Source of the DNA: Octopus sinensis
Taxonomy: Eukaryota
Reading direction: 5' to 3'
Assembly (NCBI RefSeq): GCF_006345805.1
Contig: NC_043025.1
Span: forward strand, 1,922,001-1,986,000
DNA length: 64,000 nt
The notes below the pieces were generated by a model. That model saw only the letters and a list, made by a program, of their open reading frames with translations. It was not told the DNA's origin and searched no databases. Positions 14,640-27,945 of this stretch are shown in pieces. The position numbers and the translations under genes are program-made. Position 1 is the stretch's first letter. The number at the start of each line of letters is the position of its first letter.

Positions 14640-14900
14640 GTGGAGATGTGTGGCTTAGTGGTTAGGGTATTTAACTCCTGCGAGTATGGTCATGAGTTCA
14701 ATACCTAGCAGTGTTTTGTGTCCTTAAGCAAGGCATTTTATTTCATATTGTTCCAGTTCCCTCAGCTTTGTCACATTCTGTGACATGCTGAATCTCTCTG
14801 AGAACTACATGAAGGATACACATGTCCATGGTGTACTCAGCTACTTGCATGTTAACTTCTCAAGCAGCCTATTCTGTTCATCAGATCACCTAGAACACTT
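14640..14900 (+). mobile_element. tRNA-derived SINE family C (decayed)
   Basis: gtggcttagtggttagg A-box, gagttcaatacc B-box, and the shared core gtcacattctgtgacatgctgaatctctctgagaactac...ctcagctacttgcatgttaa. Confidence 0.7.
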
Positions 14901-15009
14901 CATCACCATAACCGATGGAGTACCAGTTATAACCAAACTAGCAAATTTAAATATATATACATACATGCATACACATACACACACACACACATGTTTTTGT
15001 GTTTATATA

Positions 15010-15175
15010 TATGCCGTTCCTAACACCAACCACTCCATGGTTGGTGTTAGGTATCCAGCTGTAAAAGCCATGCCAAAACAGACACAGAAGCATGGTGCAG
15101 ACTCCACCCTGGCCAGTTCGTATCAAACCATCTAACCCATGCCAAGCATGGAAGGAGGATGTTAAATGATTATGA
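15010..15175 (-). mobile_element. Family E element (ends in a (GAT)n tail, RTE-tail-like)
   Basis: cccatgccaagcatggaag...gttaaatgattatgatgatg; reverse complement of the 41640 copy. Confidence 0.65.
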
Positions 15176-15825
15176 TGATGATATGTATATTTATATACAT
15201 ATGTATATACACACATGCTCAAACACACATATACACATTCAGAGAGAGACAGACAGACAGACAGGAGTTTTATTGTTAAGAAATACACTTAAATGCACAT
15301 TTCTGATTGTCGTGAAATAGAGTTTGCTTCTTAATTCCACATTGAGTTGCATATTTACAAAAAGAAAAAAATGTAAAATTAAAAAAAAGAGCACAAGAAT
15401 CCCTATTCAGCCACACAAATTCAGTATTGCCCGATTGCAACATTACAAGTCTACCAGTCAATATAAGCCAAAGAGATAACTTCAAGATTACTAGTTTTTT
15501 TTGTTTTTTTTAATTGAATGATTTTTACTCAAAATCATTTCTTTTTTATCCAACCTCTCTCCACCCAGATTGAAGAATTTAAGTTTGATCAAAATATATC
15601 CTCTATTGCTTTTGATTTTTAGTTGATGGAAAAACTTTCTGTGACAACTGTGTGTGCATAAAACCCCCATCAACATGCATCATAGAATTGCATGCAGCTG
15701 GTTCGTTTTCTTTATCAGTGCACAACTTCCACTTAGACGGTTAAATGGAATTATTGTCACACCTTATATTTCTGCCACCAACATTTCCAAAATGTATTTT
15801 GTATTTTTAGATATACTAGCTGAAG

Positions 15826-15850
15826 GTGACCCGCTCTACGCGCGGGTAAG
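15826..15850 (-). mobile_element. 3' terminus remnant of a Helitron-like element
   Basis: Minus strand reads cccgcgcgtagagcgggtcaccttcagCTAGT, a GC hairpin followed by CTAGT. Confidence 0.5.
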
Positions 15851-15889
15851 TGTGTGGTTATTACTTTCTGTTGCTTCCTTTCAGCACGT

Positions 15890-16195
15890 AAAAAGTACCA
15901 TCCGAACGTGGCGGATTGCAGCGCCGCCTTGATTGGCTTCTGTGCCAGTGGCACGTAAAAAGCACCAACCGATCGTGGCCATTGCCAGCCCCCCTGGCAC
16001 CTGTGCAGGCGACACGAAAAAAGCACCCACTACGCTCACAGAGTGGTTGGCGTTAGGAAGGGCATCCACCTGTAGAAACACTGCCAGATCAGACTGGAGC
16101 CTGGTGCAGCCTCCTATCTTCCCAGACGCCGGTCAAACTGTCCAACCCGTGCTAGCACGGAAAACGGACGTTAAACGATGATGATGATGATGATG
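15890..16195 (-). mobile_element. Family E element with internal gcacgtaaaaagcacc repeats
   Basis: ggttggcgttaggaagggcatcca...cccgtgctagcacggaaaacggacgttaaacgatgatgatgat. Confidence 0.8.
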
Positions 16196-18149
16196 ATTCT
16201 CCCTCTTTGTTTCTCTCTCACTTTCCCCACTCTCTTACTCTTCCTTTCTCTCGGACTCTCCCTCGCTTTCTCTTACTCTCTATCTTTATCTATCTCTCTC
16301 CCATTTATAAACAACAAAATATCTTGAGTAAGTTGAGAAATAAAATATTTAGAAAGATCAATCATAAATATCAGGCAGTAACAACGGAAAGGTCTACTTC
16401 AAGGCAGACTGCAAAACACTAACATTTAAAAGGGACAGACGAACTTGCGAGCTGAATAAAAATAATAAAATATTAGAAACCAAAGTTTGAAGGGATAGAA
16501 TCTGAGGGTAGTAGAGTCAGCATGGCTGGCATTTCTTAACGACGGACAGCAACGTTTTGACAGTTTAACGGCTGGCGTGAAATTTTGAATTTGATGTAAA
16601 AGAAAATCCCTAAACACCAAGTTTTGAAGTGATTCTTTTTCACAACAGTAGACTCACCATGGCAAGCATTCAAAACTTCATCATGGACGGCAACACATTG
16701 ACGATTAAAAGGCTGGCGCAAATTTTTTAGCTTGATGTAACAGAGAATTCCTAAACACCCGCTAATTCCTAAACACCCATATATATATATATACACATAT
16801 GTATGTGTATATATATGTATATTCACATGTGTGTGTATGTGTGTTTGTATGTATATTTATTTTATACGTTTTTTCATGTATATTTATCTACTTCTTCCGT
16901 CCACTTAACAAACTGAATTCCTCCCCTTGACCACCAAAAAGCAATTGTCTTCTAATTTACCTAAAACCCCATCCCATATATCTGATTCTATTCAATTATT
17001 CTATTTATTCATTTATTTACTTTCTCACTGATTCTTCTCACTTCAAAAAACTCTCTGTCCTTTTGACCACTCCCCTAAGAGCAATAGCCTGTGCCCTGTT
17101 TATTTCCTTAATACCAACTTACCCAAAAAACGTCCCCCACCATCACCCCATTAAATCTGCCGAAATGTATAAATACCAGACATTATATTGACAGCCAACT
17201 TCCTGAAGATTTCATCTGAATGAAACAGTTCTAGTCCTGTAGAAGCTCCTTCTATAAAATAAATTACTTTACTCTGCTATGTATTGAGTACCTTATTTAC
17301 TGTGGTTAACCCCGACTCAACCCGGGACCTACATATATATATGCATATATATGTACATATATACACACACAGCGACATATACATACATATATATACACAC
17401 ACTCACTCAAACACACACACAAATGTACACATAGACAAATACATTAACAAACACTTAAATTTTCAATTGAAAAGCAATATCTCAAATTTTTAAATTTCTT
17501 ATTTTTTTGCTGTTTATAAGAAGCTGGTGAAAATCTTTGCAAAAAAATATTTTTGTTGGTATTATTGCTATTGCAACTGCTACTATTATTATTGTTGTCG
17601 TTGTTGCTGTTGTTATAGTTGTTGTTGTTGTTGACAATAACTTTGTAGAAAAAAAAAGAAAAAATTGACTATTATTGCTTTTCCCTATATCTCTGTTTTA
17701 TCATTGTCGTTTTTGTTGTTGTTTTTGTCGCCACCGAAAGTTTTAATAGAAATATCTAAACCAATATTACAACATTTATATATTTATATTTTTACTTCCT
17801 TTCAATATTCCATCATCCTGTCTCAAACACACACACACACACATTTCTTATACACACCTGAGAAGATTCTCCAAAAAACTAAAGACATTCTCCACCAAGT
17901 GAAAATAGTAAACATGTTCCACACATATTCCATTGTGTCTGAGGGCATCTTGTCTTATTTTTCAACAGAGGAATATTCCAGTCCTTTGATCATGGAACTA
18001 TCTCAGACGTTGGCTTATATCTACTACACGTGGCTGAATATTTCACAGATTCCTTGTACCCTTAGCATAATCTTTGGTACAGAATCAATGGGATAAGGAT
18101 AATGTGGACATGTCTGCGTATCCACATACATATATAGACAAACATTTGC

Positions 18150-18385
18150 ATGGTTAGAGAATTTGGATCACAATTCTAAGGTCATGAGTTCAATTTCCGA
18201 TGATACATTGTACCATTGAGCAAGACACTTTATTTCACATTGCTCCAGTCCACTCAGTTGGCAAAAATGAGTTGTACCAGTAATTCAAAGGGCCAGCCTT
18301 GTCACATTCTGTGTCACACTGAATCTCCCTGAAGACAATGTTAGGGGTACATGTGTTTGTGGAGTGCTCAGCCACTTGTACCTTA
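18150..18385 (+). mobile_element. SINE family C variant
   Basis: gagcaagacactttatttcacattgctccagtccactcag...aagggccagccttgtcacattctgtgtcacactgaatctccc. Confidence 0.7.
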
Positions 18386-19797
18386 CTGGAAGATTCATCG
18401 TCATAACACATGGAGTATTTGTTATATACTTGTGCATGCACACGCCTGTGTGTGTGTAGGTGTACATGTACTGAGTGAGAGAGCAAAGCATGCTACATGT
18501 ATGTCTGTATGTATGTATTTATGTGTTACAAAACTTCACTGTATCTGCATATGTGTGTGCATGTATGTACATATATATATATATATATATATAAATAATT
18601 TGGGTAAACAAACTTTCAAATCAATCAGGTGTAACGCTACAGCATTATATGCATCTACATATCGTACTTTGGGGTCTTATTTATCATATATTTATATATT
18701 TATCTATAAATATACAAAGTGTCTGATAAATGTCAGTATTCAATTTTGGGGTATTAATCGATATGCGGCTATTCTGTTTCAGATAATACAAAAATAACCC
18801 AATGAGTATATCTGACGATAAACTCATGGCATCAGTTTGCACGTCATGAAATAATACTTAAAGGATATAACCAAAATTTCCAGCTGGGTATATAATGTAC
18901 TTCATCAATTATATCATACTTTAGTTAATACTTATCATCATCATCATCGTCGTTTCGCGTCCGTTTTCCATTTTCCATGCTAGCATGGGTTGGACCTTAT
19001 ATTTATTAAATGTGAAGGAACAAAACATGTTTCAGTATTGGAAGATTACAATATATATATATATATACACGACTGTATACCCATATATATACATATATAA
19101 ATACATATATGCAATCGTCAGATTTACAATTATTCCAGTATTTCTTCAGGTTCTATTTCAAAATATTATATATCTAATTTTACATCCCTTTAAAAATAAG
19201 CAATACAATTAAGCATTAAAAATTAAAAATTACGAATTAGAAATTAAGAATAAAAATTAAGAATAAAAATAAAAATTAAGAATAAAAATTATACTTTGTA
19301 ATATTAAGAATTAAATTTTTTTAATTATACATCATAAATATGAATTAGTATAGATATCAATCATGTAAAATGAAGTATATGTCAAATACAGAATGTGAGA
19401 TATAAGATTAAACATCAGAAGAAAAATGTCTGTGTTTAAATTTGATATATAACAAGAAAAATTCAAATACATATCTTACTAAAATGGTGATTTGAGGAAG
19501 AAGATAGCAGGGAACTATGGGTATTAATAGGTGATTAGTACCAAGGGAGGTAATTACACTATACATAGTTTTAATTTTAAGTTATCCTCTATCATTATTT
19601 TCAAATTTACTTATATTGGGAGGTATATCTAATTTGTTATTTTATAATTTTAGTAATATTTAATTCATATTTTATTAAAATTATTGCATTATTTATTTAT
19701 TTATTTCATTATTTATTTATTATTATTTTATTTATCTAGTCTATTCAAGTTCTTTAGAAGTAAAATGATGTGGTTATTTGATTCAGGGGTTGGGGAT

Positions 19798-21092
19798 TCA
19801 GTACTTCATTTTACTAAATGTAAAATTACTTCGATGCATACATTTTACTCTTCATTCATCACGTGTGTTTAGTAATTTATCTCTAAACTGTAGTAGTTTC
19901 ATAAATTCACTTATGCATAATAAACACATTTTATTCCCAATATTATAGGAGTGGGCTCTACCTATAATACTCCAATTAAGGGTATATGCTCTTTTTCTAG
20001 ATTTTTATTCCCAATATTATAGGAGTGGGCTCTACCTATAATACTCCAATTAAGGGTATATGCTCTTTTTCTAGATTTTTATTCCCAATATTATAGGAGT
20101 GGGCTCTACCTATAATACTCCAATTAAGGGTATATGCTCTTTTTCTAGATTTTTATTCCCAAATATATTTACCTAAGCCTGTAGACTTACTGAAATTGGG
20201 ATTTTTAAAGGTCTGGTAGTGTTGGGATATTCTTTTTTAAATTTCATTAGCTGTAGATCCAATATAAGCCTTATTTATAATTTTATCATTATTGTTCTTA
20301 GAGCTAACTATACATTTATCAATTACATTATCCATTTTACAATTATTAGAGATCTTACAGTTAGTCTTATCACGACATGAACATTTTTCTATATGTTGAT
20401 TGTCTTCTATCACTATCAGTTATATTATGGCTAGAGTTATTATTTATTATGCTATTATAATAATTATTTAATTTCTTATTATTTATAGAGGAAAGGATAT
20501 CGCCTACATTTCTCAATGCTGAGTATTCAACTCTTATTGTTTTATTGGAAAATATATTTGAATAACTATTGTCCTTTTTAAAAACCCTTTTTACTATTTT
20601 AAGTGTCTCCTTAATAATATTAGTCATAACCTGATCCCCGTATGGAAAAATTAACCATATAATATCTTTTTTATTTTTTATATTTTTATATTATCATTAT
20701 TAGTAGATATCATGGGTATTAAATTGTCATTCTTAGGTATATTATATCTCTTTATGTATACTTTATTATATTTCTTACTATTGCTCATATTTTCATTATC
20801 ATTATTACTCTTATTATTATAATCATTATTAACAGCTATATTATTTTTATCTTTATTTAGTTTGTTATATTGTCTTTTATTATTATTATTCATATTTTTA
20901 CTGTTAGATTTATTATTAGTTTTATTAGGAATACTTGTTATATTATTATTATTATAAATGGGTTCATAATAATTAAAGAATTTTATATTAGAGTTGTATT
21001 CTGCTTCTTTTAATGCTTTATTATAAAATGGGGCATGTTTATTAAAAGTGTCATAATCTGAGGATAACATGGATATTCTTTAACTGATTTCA
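19798..21092 (-). pseudogene. Penelope-like element, Naiad-like, RT thumb plus GIY-YIG C-terminal part (decayed, 5'-truncated)
   Basis: Minus-strand peptides: RISMLSSDYDTFNKHAPFYNKALKEAEY; IFSNKTIRVEYSALRNVGDILSSINNKKL; CSCRDKTNCKISNNCKMDNVI; AYIGSTANEI*KRISQHYQTFK; STGLGKYIW; WSIIGRAHSY; KMCLLCISEF; LLNTRDE*RVKCMH. These include the GIY-YIG YIG motif, a CxC..C..C knuckle and a C-terminal CxxC..CxH. Confidence 0.8.
19928..20163. repeat. 74-bp tandem repeat x3 plus a partial copy
   Basis: ttattcccaa recurs at 19931, 20005, 20079 and 20153, with identical units. Confidence 0.95.
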
Positions 21093-21369
21093 GATATATA
21101 TATATGCTTGTTCTTTCATCTTCACCCACTCCTGCAACCAACCCAACCCAACCCAACATCTTCCCTCTGTTGTTCTCCTCCTGTTCAGCACCATCAGTTA
21201 TCTTCTCCCCCTTGCACTCATCACACTTTGGCTCTAGCACTCTCATATAACCCCTCTGCAGCATGATACCTGTTTCACTTTGGCCTCTTCTCTTATACAT
21301 TTAGCCATCATTTGCCTCTCAACTTCTATCATAAAGTTGCACTCCCAAGGTTTTTTGTCTTGGAAACTA

Positions 21370-21575
21370 TGTGACAGCCACACTAGTGCCTGTGTCAGGA
21401 AAAAAGGCACCCAGTACATGACGTAAAGTACTTAGTGTTAGGAAGGGCACCCAGTTATAGAAAATGTCCCAACTAGACACTGGAGCACAATACCATCCTT
21501 GAGCCTATCAGATCCTGTCAAACCATCCAACTCATGTCAGTATGGTACATGGATGTTAAATGATGAAGATAATGA
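21370..21575 (-). mobile_element. Family E element (decayed)
   Basis: tagtgttaggaagggcaccc...accatccaactcatgtcagtatgg...gttaaatgatgaagataatgatg. Confidence 0.6.
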
Positions 21576-21828
21576 TGATATAGGGACAGAAAGAGCATCT
21601 GGCAGTACAACAATGCTTTGATGATACTTATCTAAACTAGGCTAACATAGAAAAACAGATGTAAACGAAAGATCGTATTTAGGGTTAGCCAAAAATCACC
21701 TGAATGTAAATCAAAACTATTGAATCGAACTCACTACCTCATGATTGTGAGCCTGACACTCTAACCACTGAGCAATGTACCTTCACAGACATACACACAC
21801 GCATATATATATATATATATATATATAT

Positions 21829-22248
21829 AGGCGCAGGAGTGGCTGTGTGGTAAGTAGCTTGCTAACCAACCACATGGTTCTGGGTTCAGTCCCACAGCGT
21901 GGCATCTTGGGCAAGTGTCTTCTGCTATAGCCCCGGGCCGACCAATGCCTTGTGAGTGGATTTGGTAGACGGAAACCGAAAGAAGCCTGTCGTATATATG
22001 TATATATATATATATAAGTGTGTGTGTATATGTTTGTGTGTCTGTGTTTGTCCCCCTAGCGTTGCTTGACAACCGATGCTGGTGTGTTTACGTCCCCGTC
22101 ACTTAGCGGTTCGGCAAAAGAGACCGATAGAATAAGTACTGGGCTTACAAAGAATAAGTCCCGGGGTTTATTTGCTCGACTAAAGGCGGTGCTCCAGCAT
22201 GGCCGCAGTCAAATGACTGAAACAAGTAAAAGAGTAAAAAGAGTAAAA
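21829..22248 (+). mobile_element. tRNA-derived SINE family A, full length
   Basis: Pol III-like A box tggctgtgtgg and B box ggttcagtccc, an internal (TA/TG)n, and a tail ending gaaacaagtaaaagagtaaa. Many homologues in the window. Confidence 0.88.
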
Positions 22249-22257
22249 GAGTATATA

Positions 22258-22466
22258 TATAAAGTTAATCCAAACATGAAAACACAGAGAGAAAACACAA
22301 CAACGCGAGGATGTGGAATAAATATAGTATCATTGGACGCTCAAAAGGAAGGGAAGAAGGAGGGTTTAACATTTCAAGTGGAGCTCTTTGTCAGAAACAT
22401 AGGAAAAGGAAAGATCCAGAGAAGGGAAGACGGAGGAAAAAAAATCATGAACGGAACACACGCGGT

Positions 22467-22470
<4 letters not shown>
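22258..22470 (-). mobile_element. Short hammerhead-bearing PLE-derived unit (decayed copy of 36265-36445)
   Basis: taatccaaacatgaaaacac...gggtttaacatttcaagtggagctctttgtcagaaacataggaaaagg matches the 36265 unit. Confidence 0.7.
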
Positions 22471-22536
<66 letters not shown>

Positions 22537-22926
22537 TTAATTAGAGATAAAACCACTATTAGGCAAATCAAACAATGAAAAACATTAGACAATACATAAA
22601 ATTAATTAATTTATATTATTTTAAATATATATCAAAAGTATTAAAAGTTTAATAAAAGATAAAGTATAAAACACTACGATCGTTTCATGAACAATGGTCA
22701 CAGCTGCAACCCTTTGACTATGTGTGTGCTGGATCAGAGCAGAACACCAGAAAGAAATAGGCAAATATTGCAACAGAACATAAAGAAAAATCACAGCAGA
22801 ATTTTAAAAAAAACAGAGAAAAAACACAGAAGATGAGGTTAAATACTTCAAAGAAAAATGGTTCCTTCTGTTATTCACCAATTTATACATACATATACAT
22901 ACACACTCCACACACACACACATACG

Positions 22927-22970
<44 letters not shown>

Positions 22971-24169
22971 ATGATATTGGCAATAATTTTAATTTACAGA
23001 AGTAATCAGGAAAAATCTAAACTTCAAACTACTGTAAAAATATTTATAAAACAAGATAAGTTTTGTGTGTGCCATGAGGGAGAGGTGAGATGTTATGTTT
23101 CTTCAGGCAATGCAATGTTTCAAGTAGGGAAGAGCAAGGTTAAACAAAAATAAAGAGGAAAAAAACCCCCAAAAAATTCTTTATCAGTCATACTTCCACC
23201 ACCACGCCACCACCATCAATCACCACCACAACTATATGTACTAGCATACCATAAACTCCATCATATCCACCCTCACAAGTGCTACCAATAAAACAAACAC
23301 TGCTACCAACTTAACTGCTATGACATTCACCACAGCTAGTATTCTACTACTACTACTACTACTACTACTATGATCAATTCTTTTATGCTAAATCTTCAAA
23401 ATTAATAAATTCCTTGCTCATGTGTTAGCACTCTAGCAGAAGAGCTGTGGCGGCACCTGAGTTGAGATTGTTGTCAGATGAAAGAAGTGCCGATGACTTA
23501 AGTAGTTTACTGAGTCTTAAAAGCTTCGTTAAGGTGTGACTAATTCCTTGACTATTGTTAATGGGATTATGCCAAAATATGCTATTGCTTCGTTAAGTAA
23601 TCTCATTTGTTTCACCATAAACATTGCAGCACTCAGCAAGCATTTTACTTTTATTTCCATTTTTTTTTCTTTCTATCTTAATTATTTGATGTTGATATTC
23701 CAGAATAAAAAATGGAATGCAAGAATCAGAATATTGCCCATAGTCTTTTATCCTCCCCCTGCTTCACCATCATTTAACATCCACTTTTCTATGCTTGCAT
23801 GGGTCAGATTGAATTTGGTGAGGCAGACTTTTATAAGACTGGATGCCCTTCCTGTTTTCAATCATCATTTGTTTCCAAGTAAGGTAATATTTAATTTTGG
23901 AAGAAGTCAGAAAACAAACAACCTTTAAATAATGGTGATGCTCATTTGCAATCATCACATAACATCAATACATGTGGAAACACACACACCTTTACAATGG
24001 ACTGCTTTCAGGTTCTGTCAATGAAACCCACTCACAGGGCTGTGGTCAGCCTAGAACTATAAGCAGAAGACACATGACCAAGGTACCACACAGTGGTACT
24101 CTACGCAAGACCACACGCGTGTGTTTAAATGTAAAAAAAAAAGGCAAAGACCCCCTTCGGTCATGAATG

Positions 24170-24335
24170 ACCATGGGATTGCACCTAGAGAGTTACCCTC
24201 TGAGGCACAAGTCTGAGCAAGGTTGTTTATGGAAGACCAGCAGTCACCCATGCACACCACCCTCCCTGCTCCATGCCACAGATGTTATCAAAAGCAAAGG
24301 CAAAGGCCGATACAGTTTGGCACCAGTGATGTCGC
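24170..24335 (-). mobile_element. Interspersed repeat family D
   Basis: Reverse complement of 38510-38660 (gcgacgtcactggtgccaagctgtatcggcc...gtgcctcggagggtaac). Confidence 0.65.
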
Positions 24336-24699
24336 GACTCATTTCAACAGATGGTTAAACTGGAGTGATATGAAATAAAGTGGTTTGCTCAAGAACACAA
24401 TACACAGCCCAATATGGGATTCGAACTCACTACCTCATGATTGTAAGCCCAATGCTCTAACCACTGAGCAATGACAATTCAAGTAATCCTTGGCAGGATT
24501 TGAGCTCAGAACACAAAGCAGTAGAACAAGTAGCACAAGTACCATGTTATATTTAATGTTACAATGACTTCCTATCTTGAGTCTCCTCCTAGGCTGGTAC
24601 TTTATTTATTGATCCAAGAAGGATGAAACATAAAGCTGACCTAGTTGGGGCTTGAACTCAGAGCGCAAGAAGCCAAAATAGATGCTGCAAGATATTTTC

Positions 24700-25370
24700 A
24701 TCCAGTCATCTCATGACTGTGTGTACGTGTGTGTGTGAGAGAGTGTGTGTGAATGTGTGCATGTGTGTGCATGTGTATGTGTGTGTGTGTGCAAGCATAC
24801 ATATGATTGTGAGTGTGTGAGAGCACAAGCATGTGTGCATGTGTGTGTGTGTGTGTGTGTGCAAGCATACATGTGATTGTGAGTGTGTGAGAGCACAAGC
24901 ATGTGTGTATGTGTGTGTGTGTGTGTGCAAGCATACATGTGATTGTGAGTGTGTGAGAACACAAGCATGTGTGTATGTGTGTGTGTGTGTGTGTGTGCAA
25001 GCATACATGTGATTGTGAGTGTGTGAGAGCACAAGCATGTGTGCATGTGTGTGTGTGTGCACGCATGCATGTGTTCCAGCAGGCATGCGAGTGAGCACAT
25101 GCATGTGTGCATGTGTGTGCACAAGTGTGTGTGAGTGTGTGAGCATGCATGTATATAACCATACATGTGCATGTGCATGTACGGGTGCATGTGTGTGTGC
25201 ACGCATGTGTGTGTGTGCACGCATGTGTGTGTGTGCATATGAGTGTACATGAATGGGTGTGTGAGAACATGTGCATATGAGCATGTATTTGTAAGTGAGC
25301 ATTTAAGCACATGTGAATGCACATGAGTGTGTGTGTGCATGCTTGAATGTGTATGCATGTGTGTGGTGGC
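24700..25370. repeat. (TG)n-derived compound repeat containing a 66-70 bp minisatellite x4
   Basis: gcaagcatac recurs at 24791, 24861, 24927 and 24997; explains the His/Thr/Cys ORFs. Confidence 0.9.
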
Positions 25371-25869
25371 ATTTTTATTGTTTAGCTCCAAGTCAATTCT
25401 GATCGGTAACACTATGACCAAAGGCATTCTAGCAGTGACCATCTTCAGTTCATTGTTTCTTAAAACTACATTATCTTCTATTTTCTCCATGCTTTAAAGT
25501 GGTTGAGTGTAATTTAAGATAGATTTAGCTGCTATTTGTAGGAGGGCAGACAACCATATAGAGGCATGCTTTTCATTGTGATACTTGAATGTATAAAAGG
25601 AAAGGAACTCTCTAAAGGGAATCTTCTCAAAAAATCATGTCCCTTTAGGGGGACATAATTATTTTTAACTTTACCCACTGAAATAAATAGGGACCAACTG
25701 GTAAAATAATTACCTGATTAAGTACTGGGGTGAACTGATGTAATTGACTAAAACCCTTAAAGATAGTATTCCCAACATAATCATAGTTCAATGAATGAAG
25801 CTAGCAAAAGAATGAAAGAATTTAATTAAATAAGCATAATTAATATATGATACATAAAACAGTTAAAAA

Positions 25870-26005
25870 AGATCTCTGCGCTATTCAAACTCATAATCTC
25901 AACACACTGATAGCTGGATCTCTCTGGAACAGCCTCCATACCCAGGTATTCTCATCTACCCACCAACTTTCAATAATTCAAACTAAGCATTAACCACACA
26001 CAGTT
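25870..26005 (+). pseudogene. Possible LINE (CR1/Jockey-like) 3' end remnant
   Basis: Translates as GSLWNSLHTQVFSSTHQLSIIQTK, resembling the LWNSLPxxVFP terminal motif; a single short match. Confidence 0.3.
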
Positions 26006-27549
26006 ATCTCTGTACATTTTCTTAGTTAATCCATAGAGCTGCTGTTTATCTTGGGTTTATGTAGAATTAAGTAGCATAAGTCCCTCCATCTTTCTTCCCT
26101 ACCCACCATCTTTCATCCATTGGATAGTATGATAGTCTGTGTGTCTATCTTTTTGAACCTTCTCCTTTTTCTTGTTTTTGTTCGTTTTTCTTTTACACTT
26201 GATGAAATTATAGAAAGCTCCCCAAATACATTACTAACAAATACTACATAGTGCAGATACAAATCCTCTATCGCTACCGATAACTCTTTCTCTCTCACTT
26301 CACATCAAAGATCTCATTAAAAATTAAAAATATATGTATATATATAATCCCAAGAACTTTCAAAAGAAAGCCTATATATTTATTATACACACACACACAC
26401 ACATACACATGATATATACCATATGATATATATATACATATATATATATGATATATTATATATATATATATGTATATGCAATGGTGCGTATGGGAGGAGA
26501 GAGAGAGAGATTCACAATTATATATATGTGTGTGTGCATGTGTGTGATTTAGATTATAATGATGATGTGTGCATGTATGTGTGTGTGTGTGTGCACAGTT
26601 ATACATGTATAAGTGTAAGTGTACTAAAGAACGATTCTCTCCATTCAGCCAGAAATTTGTGAAGTCTTACAACCGTGCGTTCAATGGTTCCAGTATGTCT
26701 CTAACCTGGGAGTGGATTGGCAGGGATTTTTCTAACCCTGATCTTAATTTGGGTCGAGAAACCTGACTGATGAGAATTAACATATCTATAGCTTTCAATT
26801 TTTAATGTATCTATTATTAATATGGGTGAGGGTGGAAATGGTACAGAAACAACCTGGAGAAATATTGAATTGTTTGTGCTGGTTGGCAAGCCTGGCTTAT
26901 TGTATAATTGAAGGAGAGAGAAGAAAGAGGGCAGTAAAGGATTTTTGGTTGTTTTATTACCATGTCTATTAGTTAAAAATCATTATTACAACTGGATTAA
27001 ATGGTTTCATTGCTGTTTAGTGGCTCTCCCCCCTTCCCAAGAGATTGGTACTATCATTGGTGTTACTGATGCAACAGGAAATGTTGGCATCAATTACAAG
27101 TCTCTCGGCTTACCAGCAAAATCACCACCACCACCAATTCCAGTAAAATCACCCCACTAACACTGCTGTACGCCACTGTCATCACTAAGAATGCCTTAGT
27201 GACCATCACTAACAACGCCACTGTCACCATTGCTAGTTATTCCACTACCCCCACAGCAAACCCGCCACCACCACCACCATTACCATCACTCCCAGTAACA
27301 CCACCACCATCACTAATAAAGCCACCACCATCACTGTCAACGCCACCATCACCATCACTACTACCAGCACTTTCACCACCACCACCACCACTACCATCTC
27401 TACCATAGCTACTACACAATCACCATACAATGCCCCATCAACCCCATACTAAGCAACCTGCACACTATAATAACACTAGACTACAACTTTGCTGCACTGT
27501 ACCCACACTACATCACTTCATATGCTACAACACAACCATGCTTTATAAC

Positions 27550-27945
27550 ACCAACATTGTGGCACTCCGTCGGTTGCGACGATGAGGGTTCCAGTTGATC
27601 CGAACAACAGAACAGTTTGCTCGTGAAATTAACGTTTAAGTGGCTGAGCACTCCACAGACAAATGTACCCTTAACGTAGTTCTCGGGGAGATTCAGCATG
27701 ACACAGAATGTGACAAGGCTGGCCCCTTTGAAATACAGGTACAAGAGAAAGAGGAAGAAGGAGTGAGAGAAAGTTGTGGTGGAAGAGTACAGTAGGGTTC
27801 GCCACCCTCCACTCCAGAGCCACGTGGAGCTTTAGGTGTTTTCACTCAATAAACACCCACAACACCTGGTCTGGAAATCGAAACCATGATCCCACAACTG
27901 TGTGTCCGCTGCCCTAACCACTGGGTCATTGCGCATCCACAACAC
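27550..27945 (-). mobile_element. SINE family C, antisense
   Basis: ggcactccgtcggttgcgacgatgagggttccag...ccctaaccactgggtcattgcgcatcc; reverse complement of the 38190 head. Confidence 0.85.

Noticed and set aside
19025-19165. ctgaagaa / gaaacatgtt fragments downstream of the Naiad-like element
   Set aside because: The halves are ~100 nt apart, with no consistent stem I or II.
22675-22715. Minus-strand GAAAC-GAUC-GUA-GUG hammerhead half
   Set aside because: The 5' core (CUGANGA) and stem II are not intact; at most a relic.
26640-26860. Unique island with possible splice sites on either strand
   Set aside because: Several mutually exclusive frames and no homology recognisable by eye.
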